A stretch of DNA of 63,772 nucleotides, the filler included, from Welwitschia mirabilis (Eukaryota): assembly GCA_051453625.1 (NCBI GenBank). It is 10 parts of one record of this genome, joined end to end, with 100 filler letters (N's around TTAATTAATTAA, not from the genome) between each part and the next. Parts side by side here need not be neighbours in the genome. Positions count along the whole stretch, not along the records: positions 30,442 to 52,547 come from JBOZIK010000001.1; 9 more parts are not named here. One strand, 5' to 3'. This document shows positions 39,419 to 51,200 of this stretch, in pieces. The notes under the pieces were generated by a model. The model was not told where the DNA came from, searched no databases, and saw only the letters and a program-made list of their open reading frames with translations. The translations under genes and the position numbers were made by a program. Numbering within the stretch: position 1 is the stretch's first letter; every line of letters begins with the position of its first letter.

Positions 39419-41298
39419 NNNNNNNNNNNNNNNNNNNNNNNNNNNNNNNNNNNNNNNNNNNNNNNNNNNNNNNNNNNNNNNNNNNNNNNNNNNNNNNNNN
39501 NNNNNNNNNNNNNNNNNNNNNNNNNNNNNNNNNNNNNNNNNNNNNNNNNNNNNNNNNNNNNNNNNNNNNNNNNNNNNNNNNNNNNNNNNNNNNNNNNNNN
39601 NNNNNNNNNNNNNNNNNNNNNNNNNNNNNNNNNNNNNNNNNNNNNNNNNNNNNNNNNNNNNNNNNNNNNNNNNNNNNNNNNNNNNNNNNNNNNNNNNNNN
39701 NNNNNNNNNNNNNNNNNNNNNNNNNNNNNNNNNNNNNNNNNNNNNNNNNNNNNNNNNNNNNNNNNNNNNNNNNNNNNNNNNNNNNNNNNNNNNNNNNAGA
39801 TCATTGTGTTTATCTAATAAAAATCAATGGTAAGATTACCATTCTGTAATTTTATTTAGATGATATGTTGATTGCTGGGAATGATTTACAAGAAATACAA
39901 AGATTGAAATCACAGATGGCAAAAAGGTTTGTAACAAAAGACTTTGGGGCGGCAAAACAAATCCTTGGAATAAGGATTAAGTAAGACAGGAAAAGTGAGA
40001 AATTGTGGTTGAGTCAATCTGATTATATTTGTAAGCTCTTTAAGAAGTTCAACATGGTTGATTGTTCTCCTGCTTCTACTCCATTAGCAGGACACTTTAA
40101 ACTATCAAAAGAAGACTGCCCTTTTTCTAGTTGGGAGAAAAAAGGTATGGTTAATATTCCTTACACTTCTAGAGTTGGTAGTCTCATGTATGCCATGGTC
40201 TGCCTTAGGCTAGATCTTGCCCAGGCAATGGGAGTTGTTTCCAGGTACATAAGTAATCCTAGAAAGACACATTGGGAAACAATTAAGTGGATTTTGCAAT
40301 ACTTGAAAGGCACTCAAGATCATTCTTTGTGCTTTGGTGGTTCTAGCTTAAAAGTTGTTAGTTACTCTGATACAAATTTTGTAGGTTGTGAAGATACTAA
40401 GAAATCTATTGCACGTTATGTATTTACACTTGGAGGCGGAGTTGTCAGTTGGATGTTATGTCTTCAAAGTGATATAGCTTTGTCCACTACAGAGGCTACG
40501 TATATTGCTTTGACTGAGACAGCTAAAGAGATTATTTGATTGAAACGCATGCTTGAATGGTTTGGCCTTTCTCAAAACAAGTATTCTATTTATTGTGATA
40601 GCCAGAGTGTTATTCACTTGGCTAAGAATGCTGCATTTCATGCTCAAACAAAGCATATTGACGTGAAGTGTCACTTCATTTAGGATGTGGTAGAAAAGGA
40701 GATAGCCCAAATTGTTAAACTCAGAACAGCATATAATCTTATTGATTTTCTCACAAAGGCAGTAAATGGTTGCAAGCATTACACCCACATGGAAGGTGNN
40801 NNNNNNNNTAAAAGGGGTTTCTCCCAATATTTCTTCAGTAGGAAAAATCTGTAAAAAAAAATTATCCTATTTGTAACATTTCAATTCCCAGGAAGTACTG
40901 TAGCTTTGGAGGCATTGGAAAGCATTGCATCTCTTGAGTTTCATAAGGAGCTAATCTTGAAGGCATGGAAAATTTATCTTCAAATGGGAGAGTGTTGACA
41001 TGTAAAGCCAAATATGTTATTTATGTTAAAATGTTATGTTTTAACATTGACCCTTATGTAAAGTTATAAAAGGAAGTTTGCTTGTGACCCTAACCTTAAG
41101 GCTACATAAGCCTGTTTAAGGGTTGTTTGTTGTCTTAGAACACATTTGCTCCTAATCAATCAATAAAGCTTTGCATTGCTTCTTGTAGACGTAGGGTATA
41201 AAGAGCCCAACCCACATAAATTCTGTGTTGTTCCTTTTGTTCACCTGCTATTCCATTTTGTTTCAGTACTTTCTTATTGTTAAATTTGTAAGAGTCTT

Positions 41299-42375
41299 TT
41301 CTACATGTATCTATTTTCTTCATTGTTGTAGCCGCCTTTTTTCTCATTTGTCTAATAAAGAAGCCACTCAACATGCTTGTTAGCTTGACTGGCTGAAAGC
41401 CTGTTGGGGTAAAGACATGGGGCTTTCCTCCATGTCTAATAATCCGCCTTCATGTTACAGTTCTAAGCGGCGTGCTCTGTGATGCAAGGATATAAGGTTT
41501 TGACTGCTGTCTAAGAGCTTTCTTTCCCTCTGTTGACATTATAGACGAATGCCATTGAAATCTTACGTCTGATTCAACAAAAATTCAGCAACAGCGTCGG
41601 GAGGTTCTACACGTGTAAGTCGGTATAGCATCGAAGATAGATTCCGCAGCTTTGACTCTAAAGGTATCGGTTTTTAAGCATACTGAAGAAGGCACTTCTA
41701 AAGACAAAATTGTCATAATTGATAATTAGCGTTTTGCTTCAATGCATGAAATGACAAAGTACTAAAACCATGCACTAATCATCCAAGGAACGTAAAGAAG
41801 AAAGAGAGGAGAACAAGAGGCGTATTTGTTCCATTCCTCGCAATGACGCGGTCTACAAGATATGTAAAATTCAAATGATGCACCCACAAGATACGTAAAA
41901 TTCAAATGACGAAATTAAAATTTTCCAATTCGTGGAATCTAGCTATTTTGAGAGCCTGGAACAGTAATTCGCAGTTTCAAAAGGAAAATAAAGAATAATA
42001 CCGGCAAAACTTGAACAAGGGGCCGAAAAACAAACGCGCAAGAGTGACACTGCGATTCTCTAACGAAGATTTGAAGCAGGTCCGAGTTGAAGCAAAAGAC
42101 GCCCACTTTTTACAGATCCCGGGCAGAAAACATGAAATTTATCCAAAGGAAAAGTCTTCTTTGGAGTTTTTGATATCAAACGATCCGTCGATTTCACAAC
42201 CGGGACTCACTTTTTTGTCTATAGCAGATGCACCGCGATTCCCACTTCGCCACTTCGCCACGGTCACATGGACTGACCTCAGCCTTTGAAGTCACCAACG
42301 GGCGCTAAACTATGCCTTCCTACCTTTACATCCTTTGCAAAACTTCCACTTTTCCTACATACAATCCTCCCGAGA
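41299..42375. promoter_or_regulatory. CpG-rich non-TE island, candidate promoter or 5'UTR
   Basis: Many CG dinucleotides compared with the CpG-depleted surroundings; G-box palindrome TACACGTGTA at 41608-41617; CT-rich tract on the minus strand near 41795-41820. Confidence 0.4.
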
Positions 42376-43079
42376 TAGAATAATTATCTATATTTATGTA
42401 GTGATTTATTTATTTTATAGCTTTTTTAAGGGTTTTTAACGTATTTTTAATTTTTATTTTTACTTGGTTTTTGTTTTTATTATTATTTTATGAGTTTTCA
42501 ATGAAAAGCTGTTATGTTATTACTTTAGAGGTCAAGGGCAGGGTTAGAATGTTACAGTTTGAATGATAGTGATAAATGAGAATTATTCTTCAAAATTGAA
42601 GCTTGACATTTATTTATAAATACCAGGAGTGGAATAAAGAAATCCAATGGTTAGTGGTCTAACTAGTGGGACACTTGTTTTTCATTTAGGAGGTCATGGT
42701 TTTTAATCTTTGGATGAACTGACTTGCATACTATGATGCCTTAGGCATAATTAAATCATTCATTTGGGTGATCATGTTGGCTATACTAGTCCTAAGTGGA
42801 AAGTGTGATCACTAAAAGTTTTGAGTTTAACATCTTTTCAAGTAAAAGAAATCAAAAGCTAAGAAAAATTATTTACTTTTGTAATGTTACTTAGAAATAA
42901 TTTAGTGTCTTCATGAGTGAACAGTTGAAGTAACAAAAGAATTGAAAAATAGAAACGTATTTATTAAATATGGAATATGAAATAAACTATTATGATGTAT
43001 TTTCTTTGTAATATACATTATGATATATAAAAAATGTATATGCATAAAAAATACAATTGACTATATTTTAACATTATTT

Positions 43080-44250
43080 TTGCATAGTTTAGCTGCATCT
43101 TTTCCTATACATTGCTTAAAAAGGTATTCATCGTATGAATTAGATAATCTTCCCCTATAAAATCAAAATAAGAGGCATTCATGTTTTTTAAAGCACTTGA
43201 AAAGCAAGGAAATCCATAGATTAGTATTGATAGAGCATTATTGTTCATTCATCAAAGCTTCAAAAACATAATCTATGGTGCCTTCTGTTATCTAATAGTC
43301 CTTCTATGTTAGCATCTTGGTGGTTTTACAAAGGCATTATTTCAGTAAGTTGTATTTATTTTAAAGGGATTTTGTTTTAATGGATAAATTTTTGAACTTT
43401 ATCTAGATTTTCTATAGTAATGCATTCTATTTTTTTGAAGCTAAAAAGATTTTCTTAAGCATGATTTTCAAATAAATGATAATGAAAAATCTTTATGAAA
43501 TTCCCTTAAATGGTTTGATGGTTTTTTTATTACCTTTCAAAGTTAACAATATTTGCAACTTCCTTGACTTTACTTATCTTCTTATTCTTAGATGTAATCA
43601 TCAATCGAATGTAAATGATTTAAAGAAAGATTAGAAATCCTGCTTTAGTTTAATTTAGAAATGGCTTACTCTTGTTAGAAGTAATCATTTTCTATGGTGT
43701 ATCTTACATCAAAGGCTTCTATTAAGATCTCATTTACTTTTTCTAGGGCTTTCCTTAGGAGTTTGTCCTTCTTGTGGTTTGGGTGAGAGTTTTTCTTACA
43801 CTTTTTATGAATGTAATTATACGACTTCTATTTTTTTTTTGGGTTGTCTTGAGAAGGTTTTAAGCTAGATTGGAAAAACTTTTTTTATAATGACAAGCCT
43901 TGTTTACATCCTTCTCAACTTTTTCTATAGAAATGACTTTGTCCTCTTATGCTATGTCAAATATGGTGACATAATTATGCAATCACTCTCCATAAATAAG
44001 ATGTTCATTATGATTTTTCTTATGTTTAAAAAGGGCTTATATTGTTCATTAAGTTTCCTTTCAAATTAAAGTACAAGCTAAGCAGCCTTATCTAGAAGTT
44101 AATTACTTACTCTGATCTTAAGTGCATTGGACGGACGATGCTTGGTTATCCTATAGGGGTTTATCTCTCCAATTATGTTCTAATATTTCCAAACTTTAGT
44201 AATTAATCAATTACTTTCTTTCTATTTGTTATTTATGCTTTTAAGTTATA
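43080..44250 (+). mobile_element. Possible very degenerate LINE RT fragment
   Basis: Faint motifs resembling KAYDRV, GLRQG and RLTLV..V in order; no ORF. Confidence 0.3.
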
Positions 44251-44919
44251 ATCCTTCTTAGGTTTTCACTTGTCCTTTTTAATATTTTACAGTTGTCTAC
44301 TATCTATTAAGTTGTAATTTTGGTGAACCTCCTCGAAAGCAATCTTTAAATCCTAAATAACCTACTATAGAACCAATAATAAAAAAAGAATCTTAAAAAC
44401 AATAAAGGAGGCACCTCAACCTTCCAAAATTAATCAAAGTCATGTCATGAAATGTAAAAAAACTAAATAATCCTTTACATCAAGAGGCCATTAAATTCCT
44501 ATGAATTCAAACTTTGTGTTTATTAATATATAAAAAATGATGTTTATATTAACTGTTTTAGGCCGACTTATTATAAATGAAGATATTAATTTATTTGTTT
44601 TAATCATAAAATATGTTTTTTATTATTTTCAAAATAAAACTTAATTTTGTGCTTTTCTCCATAACAATCACAGATCTTTAGCCACATTTTGAAATACATG
44701 ATAGAAGATGAATACAATTATGCACAAAATAATGGTGACAATAGAGATGTAACGCGATGGCATGTAGCAGTAGCATTGGACGACATGTAACACAAGCTTG
44801 TTGAGGTGGCACTAAAGACATATGTAATAGTACTAGTTGGTAGAGGAATCCAGCTTCAAAGGCCACATGTTAAAGTCATCATTATAAGGATTCCACCGAA
44901 CACTACATGACATCTTGCA

Positions 44920-45120
44920 CTAAGTGCTATAAGACAACCTCCATCAAATGCTAAATGACGAAGATTCTACCTAACTCTAAAGTGCATAATCTTATCTATT
45001 TAATGCTACATAACAACTTCTACCAAATGCTATAAGACAAAATCTTATCTACTTAATGCTAAATAACNNNNNNNNNNACGAAGACTCTACCTAATGCTAT
45101 AGGATGGAGTCCATCCACCT
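44920..45120 (+). repeat. Degenerate short tandem repeat (AATGCTA core)
   Basis: Recurring AATGCTA(T/A)AAGAC/ATAAC...TCTACC/TAA units of roughly 25-30 bp. Confidence 0.6.
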
Positions 45121-46208
45121 CACCTATGACAATTAGCTCAATCCTACTTTCACCTAGAAAAGGACCTTGAGCTCTCATTTGTAAACATCCTTTGGTCGGT
45201 AAACCATAGTAAAAATCCTTGGAGAATCACAGTCAAGATGGCCTTATAAGCACCTTCTTTGAGAGCGAACTTGTTTTAAGACTGACTTGAAGAGTCCATA
45301 CTAACCTTCTTCTTACTTTGATGTAATGTGCCATTTCTAATTTAATACAAAGTAGTTCTTCACTTTTTATTTCAAATTACAAATAGTTTTATACCTATGA
45401 TGCTTAAGTGAAAACTATATTATCAAGTTATATTGTTAACTAATTGAGTTCCTCAAGTCAGTTGACTGTAATTACTTTTATTTGATGGATTTCGATTACT
45501 TTAAGTCCTTATTTGCAATAATCCCTTTGACTTTGTTTTTACCCTCTATTAGTTACATTAACTATTAGGTTAAGTAATTTAACTAATCAAGAATTGAGAT
45601 TTGGGATTGAATGTTTTAGCTTAATCCAAGGTTGTTAACATAATTATCATTAGTGAGGACTCATCCTTGATGATTCTTTTTTTTTAATCACTCTTCAGAA
45701 TTACATTAATTATTGGATTAAGTAATTTCATTAATCTAGAACTGAGATTTTGAATAAAACATTAAGATTGATCTAAATTCATTAACATAATAAACAGAGG
45801 GGTCTTGTTATCAAGAACCTCCTTTGAGTTTTTCCTTTTTATATCTCATGTGTTGTCACTTATCCATAACTAATTTTAAAGAGTGCTAAGTGGTGTAGGA
45901 TTTGAAAGCACTTGTTGAAAACTCGCAAGTTCTTGATGACCCCCTTTAGCATTAGGGCTCGAAGATCGTTATTTAAAACTCTCGAGTTGTTGATGACCCC
46001 TTTAAATACTCTTATGATAAGGATGATTGCCACTCAAATATGAATCCCTTTTCTTCATAACCCTCCTTAAACCCTTTCTTGATAACCCTCTTTGAGTTTC
46101 TCAACCGCTTCAGCACACTATTTTGACACATCAGCTTGGACCCATCTAGACTTCCAATTAAATGTTATTATAATGACTACCTTTTAGCGTGGAAAATCTC
46201 TAATTGTT

Positions 46209-47561
46209 TGTTATGATGCCAATTTGTAGGAATTTAATAGTGTATTTGGAGTACTTTTGCAGGACATTTATATAGGTTTAGATACAATTCCGATGATTAT
46301 GAAGAGTCGATGGGATGATCACGGAAACATGTAATTTTTGGCATATTTGGAGGCATTTCAGGCATGTTCTGGTACTTAGTGTATTGGAGAAATATTAATG
46401 ATGAAGAAGGCTGATTCACTTTAGCTGGAAAGCTCTGGAAGGATGTCATCCCCATGATAGACAGGACGACAACATTGTATTAGCCTATTACAATAGTGAC
46501 TTGAATTAGAGGTTAGAGCTAACGAGCACCCTTTTCGAAGTAGGTGTCGTTTCCAGTGTCATCCCCATGCCATGAGGGACGACGACACGTTTGGAGCTAA
46601 TTGCGGTGCTGATTATGGAGCCAGAAGCTGATGAATTATCTGTTGTTAATGGGCTTTGTCCCTAGTATCATCCCCATGATAATTAGGATGACAACTGTTT
46701 TGTATAAGTGGGACTGAATTATCTTGTAATGGAATTATGCACTCCACACCTAGGATGTTAGGGTTTCTTCTCCAACTTCTAAGGTTACTGTTCTATAATT
46801 TTCAATGTAAAACTATAAATACCTCCCTCGTCCTCAAATTTCAATTCATCTTTTGTATTTGATGTTCCTGTGATGGAAGACTAAAGGATAAGAGGTCCAT
46901 CCAATAGCTACAAAGAGAAGTTGCCCTTGGTGTTAGGCTGAGTATCCTCCATTGAGGTGCTACTACTTTGTTATAAGTGGATGTAAAATTTCTATGATCA
47001 ATTCAAATACTCTTTTCACTATAATTGTGTAAATGTCCCTTATGGTTTAAGTTCGTTATGGATAGTAACAGTTTCATAATTTATGTAGATCATAAGGGTA
47101 ATCTTTATTAAGGTTGACTTGGTTAGTTTAGGTTTGCATTGCTATTTTATTTCAATTCCATATTGCATTTCCCGTGTTCTATTTGGCATATCTCATAGTT
47201 CACGTTGGTTAGGAACAAGTGAAGAACTCTTCTTAATTGATTTGAATTATAGAGAGCTAGTTCTTATGACAGGAGAATTAAGAGTCCAAATAGAACCTAT
47301 CTCATTCACATTTTATTCATTGCATTTCATAGTCTTTCATCATTACATTATATTTTTGTATTTTTTTACTTACATTTGTTAAAAAATAAAAGACCAAAAA
47401 TACTCTTGTAAAATTAATTCTTTAACTCTGAGCCTAGTGCCTCAACGGATTACAACATTCCAGTTGACTCCCGTCTACACTAGTGTGTGTTTTTCTGTAA
47501 GTATTGTGATTTACAGGTTTTGCCCAAGGACTTAAAGGTTGCATAAATTCAAATTGTAACA
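46209..47561 (+). repeat. Athila-type Ty3/gypsy 5' LTR (~1.35 kb)
   Basis: TGTTATGATG...TGTAACA followed by TTTTTGCGCCGTTTTTGGGGA, a degenerate Athila tRNA-Asp PBS. Shares its start and palindromic motifs with the LTR ending at 62051. Confidence 0.75.
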
Positions 47562-47582
47562 TTTTTGCGCCGTTTTTGGGGA
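47562..47582 (+). promoter_or_regulatory. Degenerate tRNA-Asp primer binding site
   Basis: Resembles the Athila PBS TTTTGGCGCCGTTGCCGGGGA, directly after the LTR CA. Confidence 0.7.
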
Positions 47583-49900
47583 AGGCCGTAAGGAGCTGGA
47601 GGATTATCACTATCCAGATAAGTACCTCGAATTTCTGTTCAAGTTATTTATTTAAAATAGTATTATATTTTTAGCATAGTTTATTAGGTTTATTTCTGTA
47701 ATTTTTTTTTTCATAGCATTAAAAAGTACTGTCTTCCCCTATGTCGTTCCCACGACACTAAGGATGACAATTCATATTTTCGGATTTCTTTGTTTTTCTA
47801 CGAGCTTTTTTTCTTTTTTATTCCTTTTTTTTTAGGTTTTAGGTTTCTGGTTTTTATAGCATAATAATACATCTTCTCCATTGTCATTCCCATAACATCT
47901 AGGATGGCAGTGGCCTTTTTCTTTCTCTGTAATTCATTCTTCTGTTTCATAATTTTTCTTTTTCTCTGTAGTTATTTTATTAGTTATTTCCACGATAGTT
48001 AAAACAATAGCCATTACATGTCTTTTGAGAGTTAAGGATCAATAATTTTGATAAAATGCTGAAACATCAAAGAGAGAAAACTTGATCTTCATTGTGTACT
48101 TATCTTTCTTATCATCTTGAAATAAAAATTTCTTGTTCCATTCTTTTCAATTACTTCAATGAATATAATGGGAGAACTGTTGGGGAAATTCTTTCTGAAA
48201 GAAGAATAAACTTGAAAAATTCTAAAGACAATAACAAGAAAACACGTCAAGAATTTTTTGCAGAAAGAGGGAGAACAACACAAAATGATATTGAGAGTAG
48301 GAATTGAACTCCTTCCTTTTTTCAACATTTTTATTATTTTCCCTCTTCTTTGCAAACCTCATATAGAAATAATAATGAAGATTCTCCACGTTTTAGGGAT
48401 TCCACCTCATTTAGAGAAACTTCTTGTAATCATTTTTGTCAATCCCAACCATCTCCCATGCATTACTATAAAGAAGAACCATCTCCCATGACCTAGTACG
48501 AAGAAGAAAATGACCCATTAAAGCAAATGATTAACAAAATGAAGAAGAACCAAGAAAACATTAACAAAAACCTAAAAAATTTAGTTGAAATCTTACAACA
48601 AACACTATTACAAATTCAAGGTTCTTTTACAACATAACTTCATCAAAACTATCCTAATCATCCTACTTCATCCTACCATGAGGAAAATGAAAAGAACTTA
48701 AAAACAAATGATAATTATTCTTGCTTTTAAAAAGAAGATGAAATTTTGGATCAAACTTCAACATGATACTCATTAGGAGATGAGCAAAGGGGAGATAACA
48801 ATAACTCAACTCAATCTTTCAACAATAGGGATGAGGATGACCATTTATTAGATGATAATATTAAGGTATTAGATTATATTCCTACCATCCATTTACAACC
48901 AGATAATCTAGATAAGGAATCCATTCATGAAGAATCTGAAAATTTTTCAATCAATTATGAAAATAATACTTTTATTCTTCTTAATAATCTTTTTGATGAA
49001 TCTAATAATTTATAGAATGAAAGCAATATTCAATAAGAGAAGGAAGATTTAGTCACAAACAATGATGAGAAAAGTGAAAAACCAACCTAATAAAATAATA
49101 ATAAAGACAATAATGAAGAAACTGATCACAATGAAGGACTCATAAAGATTCATTCAAACTTCATAAAAGATAGCTTTGTGCATTCTACCCATACTTCTAC
49201 ATCCTTTTCACCTATGCCTTCATGTACAACTTCAAATTACATCCTTCCTGTCACTTCTACTTTTACTTTCACAGTACCTTATGACCTTGATCATGGTAAC
49301 ATTTCTCCATCTCTTNNNNNNNNNNNNNNNNNNNNNNNNNNNNNNNNNNNNNNNNNNNNNNNNNNNNNNNNNNNNNNNNNNNNNNNNNNNNNNNNNNNNN
49401 NNNNNNNNNNNNNNNNNNNNNNNNNNNNNNNNNNNNNNNNNNNNNNNNNNNNNNNNNCTTTTTCTACCAAGTTCACTTTATCTTATGCTTTTGATGATTA
49501 TTCTTTTCAAAAGTTTAATTTGGAATATCTTAAAATTTTGAATTTGAATAAACCTTATCTTCTTGATCATAATCCATGCTTAGAATTAAATTTTAAGGAG
49601 CTTCTCAATCTTATTAAACATTCTCAAAATCCCTTAAAAACTTCTTGGATCCATTCTTTGAGTAGTACCTTGAATGAATTGTATAATGATACTCATGATT
49701 TAGAATTTTTTAATAAGAGATTATTTGTTAATAAAATTTATCACTTCTTTATCTCTTATTTGGATTTTGAAATTTATGCTATTAAAGTTTTATCATTTTG
49801 CTCTCTTTACCTCTAATTGATTTTACTCCAAAATGATCGTATACCTTTTATGTTTTATTAATTGGTTTCTATTTGATTTGGCCTTATTTTTCTAAAAAAT
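47583..49900 (+). mobile_element. Internal region of the Athila-like element (decayed low-complexity ORF)
   Basis: Follows the PBS; T-rich leader, then an N/D/E-rich broken reading frame with no recognisable pol. Confidence 0.45.
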
Positions 49901-50606
49901 AAATTACCATGGAAAGCATTACACACTAAAGCGACTTATTGCAACACTTTGCTCTTTTGGTTAAAAAAGTAGAACAGATGTCACGTGTTTTATGATAGTC
50001 AAAAGTATCAATTTCTTACTAAATAGCCCCATATATCATGGGAGAACGGAATATAGGTATAAAGTTCAGTTCCATTTCATTAAGGAAATAATAAAATATG
50101 GATTGGTTAGCATGTAGAAAATCCATGCAAAGAAGAAGAGTATAGATCTCATGAGAAAAACAATAGTCACAAAGAAGCACATAATTTGTAAAGAAGAACT
50201 TAGGATAGTTGTTATGTAAGCAATGGGGGCATGAATAATGCATTATTTTGGTTCCTTTAAGGCTGGTTAGATCCTTCATCAAAAGGTAGAACTTTTAACA
50301 TGAAATCATATCATTTTTCATGTTATTATTACATCTCCTTTTATGCTTAGGTGTTAAAAAAAAATGTTTTCCTTTCATAATTTCCTAAAGTTATTTTATG
50401 TAATGCATCAAAGGGTTTTAATGGAACCAACGCAGTTTGAGGGTTTTAACCTTAACATGAGTCTTAGAAGAGATGTTTGTGTTAAGAAAAGGATACAATT
50501 TAGTTAGTGTGATTGTATGCCATACTAGACTTTGCAGAACTGTGCATGTCAGCCTTATCCTTGAGAAAAAAGTATGGGTATTTTGATTTCCCTATTAAAA
50601 AAAAAA

Positions 50607-51200
50607 AATTTACTTGTCATTGATGTTTGCTTCAAATCCTTCAGACCAAATAAGCTACTTGGATGCTTTGTGGCATTTATTTTTTATGTGGACGATGGTG
50701 GCCAGTCGAACCGTTTATAGATATCTTAAGATGAGGTTTAGGCTCAACGGTTGTGCGTATAGTGAAGGAATACATTTATGGTTCTGAATAGTGTAGCAGA
50801 TTGGATTATTTCATTGATCTAATGGAAAGAATGAATCCTAATTCAAACTTAAAGACTTGGAATGATTTGTTGTCTGGTAACTGGCAGTTGCTATATAGCA
50901 CAGACGACACATTGGATTAACCCTTCGTTAGGCTTCTCCAACAGTTATGATTCAAAATGCCATACTTTGCTTTTGACCCATGGAAAATAAAAAAAAAAAC
51001 TGCAAATTCTCTATGACTTCTGATATTGCTTTCAGTGTTATTGTTGACCGCCATTTGCCTCATAATAAGGTAGGCAAAATGAAAAGGCTACAATTGCAGT
51101 CTATTTCAGAAATAACTACAAAAGAAAGAATATACCAAATTGAGTCAGTAACAACACCACTGCCACTAGAGCTGAAAGAAAATGCATTTGAAATAGATGA
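50607..51200 (+). pseudogene. ORG1: Disrupted fragment of the plastid kinase-fibrillin gene (ORG1/FBN11/PAP14)
   Basis: Manual translation gives LSLMFASNPSDQISYLDALWHLFLCGRWWPVEPFIDILR*GLGSTVVRIVKEYIYGSE*CSRLDYFIDLMERMNP...LLSGNWQLLYST/RHIGLTLR*...FSMTSDIAFSVI...PHNKVG. This matches the Arabidopsis ORG1 kinase end plus PAP/fibrillin domain as I recall it. In-frame stops and a frameshift are present. Confidence 0.85.

Larger units (their letters stand above)
34325..41293 (+). mobile_element. Full-length (inactive) Ty1/copia family A element with nested insertions
   Basis: 5' LTR from 34325, gag-PR-INT-RT-RH remnants, PPT TGGGAGAG 40985-40992, 3' LTR 40993-41293. 5-bp TSD GTCTT at 34320-34324 and 41294-41298. 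Confidence 0.93.

Noticed and set aside
42239..42249. TTCCCACTTCG as a plant snRNA upstream sequence element
   Set aside because: Mismatched to RTCCCACATCG, no TATA box at the expected spacing, and no recognisable snRNA downstream.
42011..42289. 92-aa ORF as a real gene
   Set aside because: Starts at TTG and shows no recognisable homology; likely a chance ORF in GC-richer DNA.
46444..46693. CRISPR-like spaced palindromic repeats
   Set aside because: Repeats are degenerate, spacers are ~80 bp, there are no cas genes, and they lie inside a plant LTR.
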